Positions 14,346-26,929 of a stretch of DNA of 64,000 nucleotides are shown piece by piece (within the stretch, counting starts at the first letter, position 1; each line of letters begins with the position of its first letter). The position numbers were made by a program, and so were the translations under genes. Source of the DNA: the human T2T-CHM13v2.0 reference genome, Homo sapiens. The DNA lies in the NCBI RefSeq assembly GCF_009914755.1, contig NC_060927.1. One strand, written 5' to 3'. The notes beneath the pieces are model-generated. The model was given only the letters and a program-made list of their open reading frames with translations. It made no database searches and was not told where the DNA came from.

Positions 14346-15114
14346 GTAATCTCAAAAAAGGCTGATCCACCCACCCTACAGGAGGGTGAATAATAGAAAA
14401 GTGATCCACATGTAAGAGACTGGTCAGGAAATTCAGGTTAAGAATTTGCTATTTGTAGATGCAATTTTTGCCTTGCAAAGGGATGTGTAAATCTGTTATT
14501 TTTTTCTTCCCCTGACTGATGTAGGGCAGAAAATCGGCTTAGTTAATTCTCTACCCCAGCTTTTCTACCTATAAGGTGGCATAAGTTAATTTTTCCATGT
14601 AAAGTAACTCATACAAAAATCAAATACAATAGTTTACACACTCCCCCCTCTGAGGTGAGGCTCTGAGGTCACATTCAAACCTAATGTGGTTCTGCATGGC
14701 CCTGGCCAAAAAGAGACGCTGAGATGGGCAAGACTGCCCGGGACACTCTCAAAAGGAGTGGCAAGATTCTGCAGCAATTCCAAGGGGCTCACATTCTGTT
14801 TTAAATCCAGCCAATTAGAAATTTTTTTTCTAACTTTTCTTGTGGACTCTATCTATCTCTCATCTTCCCATGATAGACTTCATCCACTGCATTGGTGCGG
14901 TCTCACGGGTTATATGAAGAGGTAAACGCAGAAAAGGGTGACAGAAAAAAAGGTTGGATGGATTTGTCCCCCCCACTTATTTTCCATTTTTTCAAAATTA
15001 GCTTGTGTTTCTACATGAGAGAAAATCTTGTGTTGAGAGAAGTCTTAAACTGTATCCAGTAAGTGACAAAAGCAAAACCCAAAACCAAAAACTGTAGATA
15101 CATTTGCTTAGAGT

Positions 15115-15120
15115 TTTATT
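15115..15120 (-). terminator. SLC6A20: Distal poly(A) signal of SLC6A20
   Basis: TTTATT on + (AATAAA on -), followed on - by a U/GU-rich element (TTTTTGGTTTTGGGTTTTG). Confidence 0.8.
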
Positions 15121-15639
15121 TACTATGACAATTGCTAAAAAACAAATATTTCCCTACTCAATTTCTTGGAGCTAAATCAAGGTTTGCTATGTTTCCAGTA
15201 AAAACAGAAAGCTTTCCGGAGTCCATGATCTGGCCATCGTGTCATGGCTACCACTAAGGGTACAGGGATGGAATGTCCCTTTGTCGCTCCAGCTTATTGG
15301 AGGGTGGGTGGACAAATGTCGACATGGCCACTTTTGTGCAGTATCTAGGAAATGGCAAAGAACATTTTTTGAGACAGGATTGATTACTGGCTCAAGAGGA
15401 TTCTTGAGAAATGTTCTGCTCTTCATGAAATTCACAGAAACGAGACATTTTCATCTGGAGCACATTATTCTGTAACAGTGGTGCTTCATCTGTTTGAGTT
15501 CCATGAGCAAAAACTATTCCGTAGAAGTAACTCTTCCATATAATTGGAAATGCTCAAAAATGCCTTCAAATTTTTAAGTCATTTTATAAAATGTAAATAC
15601 TCCTCAATGTACCACCCATGTTCTTTCTTTTTTAAATGG

Positions 15640-15810
15640 GGCCTCTCAGATTTGGCTGCACATCGGATCACCTAGGGAGTTTTTGGGGCCATGGAGGCCC
15701 AGGTCTTGCTTCCAGAAGGTCTGATGGGTGGCCCCAGGGTGTGGTGTGGGCATCTGGAGTTTTAAATGCTCCCAGGTGGTTGGAATGCGCTGCAAGGTGG
15801 GGACACTGAA
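15640..15810. mobile_element. MER5B-like remnant
   Basis: ttggctgcacatcggatcacctagggag...gctcccaggtgg pattern. Confidence 0.55.
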
Positions 15811-16435
15811 TAAGGTAATGATCTAGGACATTTATCTTTTCACTCCTGAGGCTACCTGGTATTCAAGGCTTACGCACCCTGACTGATGACTGATCCCAGG
15901 TGGCCCTGAGTTGTAAGACGGTGACTGTGAGTGGGGGTTGAGAGGAGGGCCAGATCCTCCAGGATTCAGAGCAGACTCGGTGCTGTGTTTGCCATTGAGT
16001 GTGCCGGCTCTTCAAGCCTTGACAGCAGGTTTTTTGACATAAAAGAACCTTCTGATAAGAAGATTGAATCCACGGGGTAGATAAGATTAAATCCATGGGG
16101 TACATGCTGGTTCATACATTTGAAAGTCAAATGTATGATAACTGGACAATCAGGTGAAGCTGGAAGATGAGATGGTTGCTGAAGACAGTAGAAGACCTTT
16201 CTAAAGCCTATTTTTGCTGTAAGAGAATTTTACAGCACAAAAATAAAAAGACATCTCCGGCCAACGTCCCAGGTGAGTGTTTGTGTCTTCAAAGATATCT
16301 GTGCAAATATATCCACAGAAACTCTCCAGAATTCCATGATCTCAAGGAAGCACTGGACGTTAGAGCAGGAAGGGACTCGCTCACTTTAGGGGTAACGACC
16401 TACTTTATTGCAGTTAAAAAAAGAAAAATTTTTTT

Positions 16436-17366
16436 GAGAAAAGAAATAAGACACAGAGACAAAGTATAGAGAAAGAACAGTGGGCCCAGGACCGGCGCTC
16501 AGCATGTGGAGGACCCGCACCGGCGCTGGCCTCTGAGTTCCCTCAGTATTTATTGATCATTATTTTTACTGTCTTAGCGAGGGGAGTGTAGCAGGGCAAC
16601 AGGTGGGAAGAAGGTCAGCAGGGAAACATGTGAGCAAAGGAATCTGTATCACGAATAAGTTCAAGGAAAGGTACTGTGCCCAGATGTGCACGTAGGCTAG
16701 ATTTATGTTTCTCTTTACCCAAACATCTCAGTGTAGCAAGGAGTAACAGAGCAGTATTGCTGCCAGCATATCTCACCTCCAGCCACAGGGCGGTTTTCTC
16801 CTATCTCAGAATAGAACGAATGGGAATGGTCAGCTTTACACCGAGACATTCCATTACCAGGGACAAGCAGGAGACAGAAGCCTTCCTCTTATCTCAACTG
16901 CAAAGAGGCCTCCCTCCTTCACTATTCCTCCTCAGCACCGACCCTTTACAGGTGTCGGGCTGGGGGACAGTCAGGTCTTTCCCTTCCCATGAGGCCATAT
17001 CTCAGGCTGTCTCAGTGGGGGGGAAACCTTGGACAATACCCAGGCTTTCTTGGGCAGAGGTCCCTGCAGCTTTCTGCTGTGCATTGTGTCCCTGGTTAAT
17101 CGAGAATGGAGAATGGCGATGACTTCTACCAAGCATACAGCCTGCAAACATATTGTTAACAAGGCACATCCTGCACAGCCCTAAATCCATTAAACTTTGA
17201 TTCATTACAGCGCATGTTTCTGTGAGCACAGAGTTGGGGCTAAAGTTATAGGCTAACAACATCTCAAAGCAGAAACAATTTTTCTTAGTACAGATCAAAA
17301 TGGAGTTTCTTATGTCTTCCTTTTCTACACAGACACAGTAACAATCTGATCTTTCTTTTCCCCACA
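16436..17366 (-). mobile_element. HERV-K(HML-2) solo LTR, older LTR5A/B type, U5 tip missing
   Basis: On - begins TGTGGGGAAAAGAAAGATCAGATTGTTACTGTGTCTGTGTAGAAAAGG; internal CATAAAT TATA-like element (~16701-16707) and AATAAA (16549-16554). Confidence 0.92.
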
Positions 17367-17555
17367 TGGACTAATGCGATATCATAGATATGGTGTGTCT
17401 TCAGTTACAAGATGCTCTGTTTGAATTATATACATTTTAGAAAACTATGTACAGATGAATAATTTAAAATTAATTGTAAGTGGTATTTGTGGTCTTGATA
17501 GAGTTGGCCACGATGTCCAAATGTAATATTAAGCCTATGGGAAAGTCAGAGCCAC

Positions 17556-17858
17556 TTTTTTTTTTTTTTTTTTTTGAGTCAGAGTCTTGCTCTGTCGCCC
17601 AGACTGGAGTGGAGTGGCATGATCTTGGCTCACAGCAACCGCCACCTCCTAGGTTCAAATGATTCTTGTGCCTCAGCAGCCAGAGTAGCTGGAATTACAG
17701 GCCTATGCCACCACTCCCAGCTAATTTTTTTGTATTTTTAGTAGAAATGGGGTTTCGCCATGTTGGCCAGGCTGGCCTCAAACTCCTGACCTCAAGTGAT
17801 CCACCCACCTTGACCCCCAAGGTGCTAGGATTACAGGCGTGAGCCACCGTGCCCAGCT
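17556..17858 (-). mobile_element. AluS in the SLC6A20 3'UTR (sense to transcript)
   Basis: Full-length Alu with ~20-nt poly-T on +. Confidence 0.95.
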
Positions 17859-18619
17859 GAGATCCACTTTCATTCTCACCTCACAGTGGCTCCTGACTCC
17901 TTTTCCAATGCACCAAGACACACACCACGGAGGGATGTCTGCACAGACTTCTAATGTGGTTTGGGGTTGCAAACTGTAGTTGGGGCAATTTTTTGTAGAG
18001 AGGTCTGGTCCTGGACCCACTGTCAGAGACCTTAGAGAAAGGATCCCTTTGGGGGTCCCAGACAAAGATCTTCTTTCTTTATAACTTGTCATCCTAAGAT
18101 TTAAAGGGTGGAAGGGGAACACAGAAATTGCATATTCACTACAACTCAAAAAAGAAGAGAATTAATTTTGCACCACTGACAAATAGGTCATCTTAGGCAC
18201 TTCAAAACTCCTTAAATGGATCTAAAAATATTTGTCCTCTAATATTTTGGTGTCTCTTCAGCCAAAAACAAAAATTGCTTAAATTTGGTCCCATAAGAAT
18301 TATAGTCATATTTCAGTTTGCAATGTGCCCTAATTCTAGGGCTTTCCTGGAATGAAGGATGCAGTTATCTTTGAGACCGGCTTTCATAGCCCACCCCCTT
18401 CCATGATGAGGAGGCAGGTGACAGGGAGGAACAGCCACCACGGGAGGGTGTGCGTTCTCCCAAGGGAGTTTTCTTCCTGCACACCTTCCTCATCTTCTTT
18501 AGACACTCAGGAAGTTGATGGGCTGAGCACTCCTGGCTTAAGCATTTGAAAAAGCAGCCGAGGAGTTTCCGCCTGTAAATAGTATCTGTAAAACCGTGAG
18601 CGGCTGGGAAGCCCACATC

Positions 18620-18769
18620 TCAGGCCACGGGGTCTGCGTCTCCCCTCTTGAGGCGACGCTGAACAAAAGTCCCCAGGGCCGCCAGGGGGATGCACATGGT
18701 GGAGGAGGCCACAAGCAGCCCGATGACAGCCAGTGCATAGGCCGGGTAATCTTTGGTCACGAGCTGGCC
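18620..18769 (-). CDS. SLC6A20: SLC6A20 exon 11 coding part
   Basis: cag|GGC CAG; GQLVTKDYPAYALAVIGLLVASSTMCIPLAALGTFVQRRLKRGDADPVA*; 150 nt. Confidence 0.97.
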   Translation of the reverse strand, partial: GQLVTKDYPAYALAVIGLLVASSTMCIPLAALGTFVQRRLKRGDADPVA

Positions 18770-19498
18770 CTGAAAGGAGAGACTGAGTGTCAGCAGAGAG
18801 CACCTGCTGAGCACTGCCCCTGGGCCTCAGGGCCCATCCGTGATGGGGAGGTGATGTGACGTGGGCAGAGAGCATGTGGGGCCGGTGTCCTCACTCCTGG
18901 GGCCACGGGCTCTGCAATTCACTAGCAAATGTGCCAGGAGCCTAACTGCCCTCACCTTCTTTTTCTTCCATAAACTAGGAATAATAGTAACTACTTGAAC
19001 CAGTGGGTGTAGAGCTATTGTTTGGAGCTACCCATAATGAATAACCATGGTAATAATCAAGCACCTTATGTCTAAGGCAACTTTCAGGGAACCTAAACTG
19101 TAGGCGACTACTCTTAGCCTGGAATGGGACTTTCCCGTGAAGGTAGCAACGTTCTCTGTCAGTGCTGTCTGCTGCGGTAGGCGCGGAGGAGAGCGCTGCT
19201 CAGGAGGCAGGAGCTGGCGCCTTTGCAGCGGGAGTTTTTCTCAGCTTCCGGGGGACAGGTGGATGGGGAAGCTCTGGAGGAGTGCCTTCCTCTCGCCCCA
19301 CTGAAGCACATACCTAAAAGCTCAAAGCCCAGCTCCTCCGTGCTGGACTATTTCTAAAATACCTCAGTGATATTTCCATGTCGTGACAAATAACCTACCC
19401 ACACCATGGAAATAGTCCCCTGGTTTCGGAAAATGAATGGCCCATGCTTTTCAGTGGCCATGGGGGCCCAGCGCCAGCCCTACGGAGACAGTAGATAC

Positions 19499-19664
19499 CT
19501 GGGAGGCGTCCCAGGCTTGATACTTCAGGGTCCCCGTGAGGATGTAGTCGCTCAGGTAGAAGACAAAGAGGCTGACAATCAGCAGTGGGCTTACGCCAGC
19601 CCACATCACCTTCCAGTACCAGCTCACAGCTCGGCCGGTCATGGCCTTAAGGTCACTTTCAAAT
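19499..19664 (-). CDS. SLC6A20: SLC6A20 exon 10
   Basis: tag|A TTT..CAG|gtatct; FESDLKAMTGRAVSWYWKVMW...WDASQ; 166 nt. Confidence 0.97.
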
Positions 19665-21212
19665 CTATTTGGAAAACAGGGAGAGAAAGTCTGGATTAAC
19701 CAGGCTGCGGAGGTCAGGGCGTCCAGCTTGCCTGTCCCTATTCACAAAGGAACATTCTGTTCTAGGTGGTAAAGGATGTCTGAGCTTGGCCACTGGGCTC
19801 CTCTGTGACACCTTCTTGAGAGACGAGTGCTGCGGTGGGGAGGGGAGAAGGGCTGAGGCTGCCCAGAAGGGATGACGGAGCAAGCAACCCGCAGAGAGTG
19901 GACATCAGAAGACGCCTTCCTAATGCCAGCCTTCAGATGAAGGCTGCTGGCATAGCCCAGAGGGCAGCCTCCAGGAATGGTGGGCACAGGCAGCAGGGGA
20001 TGGACATTTGTCAGGCTGGTCATCAATGACAGGGACTTCTTGGGCGGCTTTGCCCACCCCCTTACCCAGCCCGCCCCTGTCAATCAGTGACTCCCTTTCC
20101 CAGTAGAAACACCACGGAGCAGAATCACTTGGTCCATTGAAACCAGAGCAGGTTTTCTGGGACAGAGGAAGAGCCAACCTCGGACTGAAGGACCGTAGCC
20201 CTGGCCTGCTGGAGCTGGTCTAGAGTGGCCAGGGCAGTGAGTCCCAAAGGCGTTGCCCACAGCCACCATCACCACCTCCATCATGCCTGTAGCTCTCTTT
20301 TCCCTCTTCTTTACTTTTAAACCTACGGTTAGCAGCAGCACAACAGCAGCCAGTTTCTCATCGACTTGACAAACTAAGTACGTGTGTTTTTGAATACACG
20401 TACACAGTATAAAAAGTATCTTTGGCATTTTGGGAGATGTTGGCCCAACGAAACTCCCCATTTCACACAGGAGGAACCAAGGCCCAGGGCTGCGATGCCT
20501 TCTTCCTTAGGGCTTGGTAAAGACCAGGCCCAGAACCTGGGTTGGCCTCCTGCCTCCAGCCCAGAGCCTTTAAACCTGCTCCCTACAGCGGAAGAGGCAG
20601 CCTTGGCGGGAGGGGCTGGGGTGGTGTGGGTGTGACGTCACCAGCTGCAGCCACAGCCCCTCCCTCCCTGGGACCTGCTGCATGTCCTGGGTGTCCATGC
20701 GAGGCTGTGTGGCGACCACCACCTGCCCTTTGCTGCTGCTGACGTAGTTGGACTCTAGGCTGCAGGCCATGAAGGCTCATGTATGTGACACGAAAACCTG
20801 GGGCTTTCAAAATCAGACAGGTGAAAAAGTGTTGGGGGTCCTCTTGTCCCTTCACACCCCCATAACCCCCCCCCCCTTTCCTGGATGGAGAAAGTTGGGA
20901 AGAGCTGGCTGCAGAAAAGCCCCAGGACACTGTTGCTGGGTGGTCACTAGATGGCGGTGTCACCTGAGCAAGCCGAAGCACTCCCCTCCTGCCACTTACA
21001 TGGTCAGTCCACCTACGACATCTCCAAGGCACGTTTGTTTCTGCCTCTGTCTCCCTTCACCAGCCCCTTTTTGATGGACTTGTGCCCCTCACCCATCTAG
21101 TGACCTCCAGCGGGCCCTAGGTTCTGTTCCTCTCTCCCAACCTTCTCTTTTTATCCTGAAACACTCACCCTCTCAGTGACCAATCTCTTTCTCCCTCTAG
21201 ACTGGCATTTCC

Positions 21213-21307
21213 TAGGTGACCAGGGATTTTCCCAATTTTAGTACTGAAAGTTCCACGTCCCAGAAAACCCCTCAATCCTGGGGAAACAGGGAGAGTTGGT
21301 CCCCTTA
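21213..21307. mobile_element. MER81-like hAT MITE
   Basis: taggtgacca...ttggtcccctta termini, internal ttttagtactgaaagttcc. Confidence 0.55.
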
Positions 21308-21710
21308 ACACTAGTGTCCTCAAAATGTTAGTAGCTAAGGGTGGGAGTCGGGTGAGAGGAGGGTGAAAAGGCATTCCTTGACCAAGTAAGTCTGGAAATG
21401 CTGCAATTCTAACCCTCTCTTTGGGATCCACAACTGTCTTTAAGATTCTGAGAAGTCCTACGGGAAAGACATCAATTTGGCTTTGTTTAACTTATGTCCT
21501 GATGGATCATGGGAGATCCCTCAGCATGGCACGGGACCCTGGCCTTTCCGGGGACACAGCAGGGATTGCTGCTTCAGGGATGCCTGCCTCCCAGAGTGTT
21601 GTCAATGTCTCCCTCCCCACCCTGAACCAGCACAGAGGATCAAAAAGACTGGGGAAGAGGGCAGAAAACAACGTGGCACAGCCTCCTCGCCCAAACCGCA
21701 CCCACTAGAG

Positions 21711-22145
21711 CAGCGCTGCCCAAACTGTGATGTGCCTCAGGCCCCCTGGACATAGTGTGAAGATACAGGATCTGATTCAGCAGGATGGGGTGGGCCCGAG
21801 CTTCTGCAGTCCCAACGAGCGCCTTGTTGCTGCTGCTCCCGCTCTAGGGACCACACTTGAGGTAGCAAAGCTCTCTAGGCCAGTGGTTCTCAAAGTGTGG
21901 GTGCCAGACTCATCTGGGAACCTGCTAGAAATGTGAATTCTTGGCCCTCCCCTGGCCTGCCTGATCAGAACCCTGGGGGTGAGTCTCACAGCTGTGTTTG
22001 ACCAGCCCAAGGGACTCTGAGGCACACTCGAGTTTGAAGGTTGCTCTAGACCAGTGGCTCTTGCCCCAGCTGCACATTCCATCACCTGGGGAGAACTAAA
22101 ACATTCCAGTCCCGTGCTGTGCACTGGGATTGAGAACCTCACTGA
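21711..22145. mobile_element. Cluster of three adjacent MER5A/MER5B remnants
   Basis: cagtggttctcaaagtgtgg and ctctag junction motifs repeated. Confidence 0.6.
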
Positions 22146-22555
22146 CTAAATTTTGAATCTGCCAAATTTTCTAAGGTCTAAGTTATCAACTGGACTTTGG
22201 TCAGGGTTCTTGGAAAATACTGATGTTGGCCGATGATCAGAGCATCCAGTGCCTGGAGGCACAATTCCCTGCCCCAGTAAGCTGTGGGGGTCCAGCAGGG
22301 TCAACCCTAAAACAGCCTATGATACAAAGCAAAAGTACAGGGAATAGAGAAAAAGATATTCACTGAAGCAAACTGAGCATGGAATAGAGGCAGAGCATAA
22401 GCTGAGATCTGCGGGCAAAGAACAAACGTTGAGTCATGATGCGAAGCTTAAAGAAGAGGTGAAGATGTGCATCAAGAAACAGCTGTTTTCCTTGAGGGGC
22501 GTGGCCTCTGTGGCTGTGTTTTCCCTATGCAAATGAGGGTCCTGGGCCTCCTCAC

Positions 22556-22715
22556 CTCCTCAGCCCGTACACGTAGCACACGGCAATCGTCTCCACCAGC
22601 ACGATGAGCAGCAGGGACAGTGTGGCCGCGTAGTCGTTGAATATGTCAAACCAGTAGTTCCCAGCCTCCATCGTGAACACCATGCCAATGGCACAGTTGA
22701 CAAGGCACACCAGAC
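22556..22715 (-). CDS. SLC6A20: SLC6A20 exon 9
   Basis: cag|GT CTG..AG|gtgag; LVCLVNCAIGMVFTMEAGNYWFDIFNDY...VYGLR; 160 nt. Confidence 0.97.
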
Positions 22716-24063
22716 CTGGGGGCCACAAGACCAGCTGCTCACCTGCCCGAGACCCCCCCACTACTGCTTACCAGTTCTCTACAGGACAGTGGGGTCGTCG
22801 GCCCTCAGGGAATTTTGGCTGATTGCTTCATCCACATGGGTTGAAAGAGCTGTCATGGTTTGGACTCTCTGAAGGTGTGTGCCATGTGTGTGGGGCAGGG
22901 GGCACAATGGTGTCCCGAAGCGTGTTGGCAGGGGTCACTGATGTTGACTCACTGAGCTGCCCTGCAGGGGTGGCAGAGCTTAAAGCTCAATGAACAAGCA
23001 GACGTAGTGGGCACTGTCATTCCAGGATCCCGCCCAGGCTGTGGGTCTACAATTATAACCCCCGCTGTTTATCCCAACAACTCAGCCCTGGAGCTCATGA
23101 GAAATGAATCAGGGGAGGAGGCTTGAATATGGAGTGGCCCCATCAGGACTTCCTAGAGAGGACTTGCCTCCACCCAGAAGAGGGTGGGGCAGGGAAGAGA
23201 CAAATGTCCACCCAGATCCTCCCTTGTGCCAGGCACTTGCAATGCGTTGGACCCTTAGGCCTCTGAGGCAGGTGTCCGGAGCCCCCTTTCACAGATGGGA
23301 AGGCAAGGCTCAGAGATGTCTAAGGCTCCCCCGACATCCCATAGCACATCCATGGCAGAGTGAGGATTCAGACCCAGGCCCTTTAGCCTCCAGAACCTGG
23401 GCCTTCATCCCAGGCCCCTCCAGCTGCCTTCCCTGGGGACCCCATGCATGTCTGAGTCTAGAGCCCACACCTGCCCTTTCCACTAGCACACCGTACACTG
23501 CCAGCTACCGAGCCCTCCTGCTATCCCGACGGGGACACACAAGGAGAAAGGGGCCATGCGCTGGCTGAAGGCTATGGGCACACCTAGTGTTGGCTACAAA
23601 GACCAGGCCTGAGGAGGGGGTCTAAGTGCTGCAGCACTCTGAAGAGGTGGGGGCAACTCCAACTGGAGTGGTCGGGGCTTGAAGGAGATGGCCTGGGAGC
23701 TGGGTTTGATTCATCCTGCATGTCAAGGAATGGTGTTTTCAGAGACGGAGTAGTGTAGGCCACAGGGTCCTTGAGGCACTGCCTGATTGGAGTGGAGCAG
23801 ATGGGCCAGGGAGTGAAACCATGAGAGATGTAATTGGAAAAGCCAGCTCATTTCCTAAGATCTGAAATGTCCATCAACAGCAGAATGGATAAAGAAACTG
23901 TGGTATGTCACCTTACAATGGATTATTGTATAGGCACAAAAAGGGGCAGACGATCGCTGCTCGAAACAACATGAGTGGATCTCACAGGTAGATTCTGAGT
24001 GAAGACAATAGACGTAGAGTGTGTACAATAGGACTTCGTTCATATGAAATTCAGGAACAGGAA

Positions 24064-24383
<320 letters not shown>

Positions 24384-24569
24384 CTAAAATGTAGAAGTCA
24401 GAATAGAGGTGAACTCCAGGGGTGCATACTGCCTGGGAAGGGGTGTGAAGGAACTGTCTAGGGTGTGGAAAATGTTCTGTATCTTGACCTAGGTGGTGGT
24501 TCCTTGGGTGGATACATATGTAAAATCCACTGAGTTTGTACTTAAGAAATGTACACTTTATAATGGTCA

Positions 24570-24935
<366 letters not shown>

Positions 24936-25182
24936 TCAGGTTGGGGAGTTGGGTTGGGGTGGCCACTTCACTTCCCTGTGATGTGGAGAATGGAACGCAC
25001 AGGGTGAATCACATGGCCCAGGTCCCAGGTTGTGAGAAGACATGGCAGGACCGTGGTGAGGTGGCTGCAACCCCCTGTAGCCACCTGAACCAGCCCATGA
25101 CCCCTGAGGGAGCTCTCCCCTGTTCACCCCCACGCCTTGGCCCTCCTGACCCCTGCCTCCTCCACTGGCTGGCCCCGCTGAC

Positions 25183-25387
25183 CTGAGATGGCCTCCTTGG
25201 GCAGGTGGCTGGAGATGATCTTGCTGTCTGTCAGAGGGGTGAGGATGGCCGCTGTGTTCCCCAGCATGCTCCCAATGCCCAGCATCAGCAGCATGAAGAA
25301 GTAGAGCACCGACCACAGCTGGGACACCTCCATGTTTTTAATGGCCTCTGTGTAGACGATGAATGCCAGGCCAGTGCCCTGGACGGC
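25183..25387 (-). CDS. SLC6A20: SLC6A20 exon 8
   Basis: cag|GCC..G|gtcag; AVQGTGLAFIVYTEAIKNM...WSVLYFFMLLMLGIGSM...EAIS; 205 nt. Confidence 0.97.
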
Positions 25388-26185
25388 CTGCCCAGGGTGA
25401 GAAGACACCAGTTACATGCAAGAGGGACTTATAGTCTTATTCACGCACTCAGTACTAAGCAACATGGGGGACCTTGGAAGTGGCCATGAGAAGCCACATT
25501 GTGAGGTTGGAGCTTCCATCTGCAGATCAACCCCTTACACTCAGCTGGGCTGAAACGAAATGGGAGCTGCCAGGAGCTCATATATGCAAAGCACGTGAGA
25601 ACTTGTAGCCAGCCTGCAACACTGAGTTCCCCTCTCCTGCCCCAACTTACGTACATTCTGGATGAAAGATAATAAAACAATGGATAATTTCTGCTTCTAA
25701 TGTGATGACCGACTAGGTGTCCTGAAACCTCCGTGGCTGGGACCTGAGGAGGGAGGGCGGGGCCAGGGCAGCAGGAAGCAGAATTGTAGGGAGACAGCTT
25801 GGTCAGCAGGCAACCAGGAGGGGCAGGTGCTCAGCGGTCACGTCCCTGTGCTCGTAACTCTGTTGCGGAAATGTTAAACTATGGAAATTGAGGCTGGAAC
25901 TCCTGCTTAAAGACAAATCCCCTAAGGGGCTCAAAAGGGATAATAGGTTGTGCGTACTCTCTGGCTACCCACAGAAGAAGCAAAAACAAGCCCTCCCTGG
26001 GTAGAAGCCCCCCCACCCGGTTTAGATGCACAGGATTCCCAGAGATTGAGCAAAGTGCTCATAAACAGGGATTTACAAACCCACAAGGAGAGAAGTCACT
26101 ATGAGTGAAGAACTAGCAAGATAAGAAATCAGATTTAGAACATCCCTCCCCGAGGTGGCAGATGTTGGACTGTCAGATTCAGAAT

Positions 26186-26705
26186 TGCTATGGACTGAAC
26201 CATGTCCACCTGAAATTTGTATGTTGAAACCCTAGCTCCCAATGTGACTGTATCTGGAGATAGGGTCTTTAGGGGGTAATTAAGGTTAAATTGAGTTATA
26301 ATATTGGAGCCCTAATCTGACCAGACTGTAGCCTTATAACAAGAGGAAGAGAGAGAGAGAGAACTCTCTATTATGTGAGGACACAGTGAGAAGATAGGTG
26401 TTCACGAACCAGGAAATAGGTCTTCATCAGAAACCAAACCCTGCTGGCCCTTGATCTTGGACTTCTCAGCCTCTAGGATTGAGAGACAAATTCCTGTTTT
26501 TTGCTGGGCACAGCGGCTCATGCCTGTAATCCCAGCACTTTGGGAGGCTTAGGTGGGAGGATCACTTGAGCTCAGGAGTTTGAGATCAGCCTGCGCAACA
26601 TAGCAAGACCTTGTCTCTACTAAAAGTAAATAAAAGAAAATAAATTTATGTTGTTTAAGCCACCCAGCCTATATTTTGTTATGGCAGGCTGCACTGACTA
26701 ATATA
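26186..26705 (+). mobile_element. MLT1A-type LTR with a nested FLAM Alu monomer (~26503-26640)
   Basis: tgctatggactgaa start, gactaatata end, TSD agaat/agaac. Confidence 0.8.
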
Positions 26706-26929
26706 AGAACACAGGTCAATTCTATAGTATACCAGTTGCTCAGGGGCATACTGAAAATAGTTGGCTTTATGTGCTGACAACAAGGGAGTGATCACTTGTA
26801 GAGAACTTAAAAACAATAGTAAAAATCTACAAAAAGTTGATATACTTTTTATGATTATCATGAGCCAGCAATTCTAAATAGTGTTAAAATACTGCTCTCC
26901 TTCTCTTGCCTATGGCCACCACTGAAACA

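Larger units (their letters stand above)
15098..18619 (-). other. SLC6A20: SLC6A20 long 3'UTR (exon 11), containing Alu, HERV-K LTR and MER5 remnants
   Basis: Runs from the stop codon to just past the distal AATAAA; distal end approximate. Confidence 0.75.

Noticed and set aside
18365-18619. ~84 open codons in frame after the SLC6A20 TGA (stop read-through candidate)
   Set aside because: Context is TGA-GAT, not the TGA-CTAG read-through motif; no conservation evidence available
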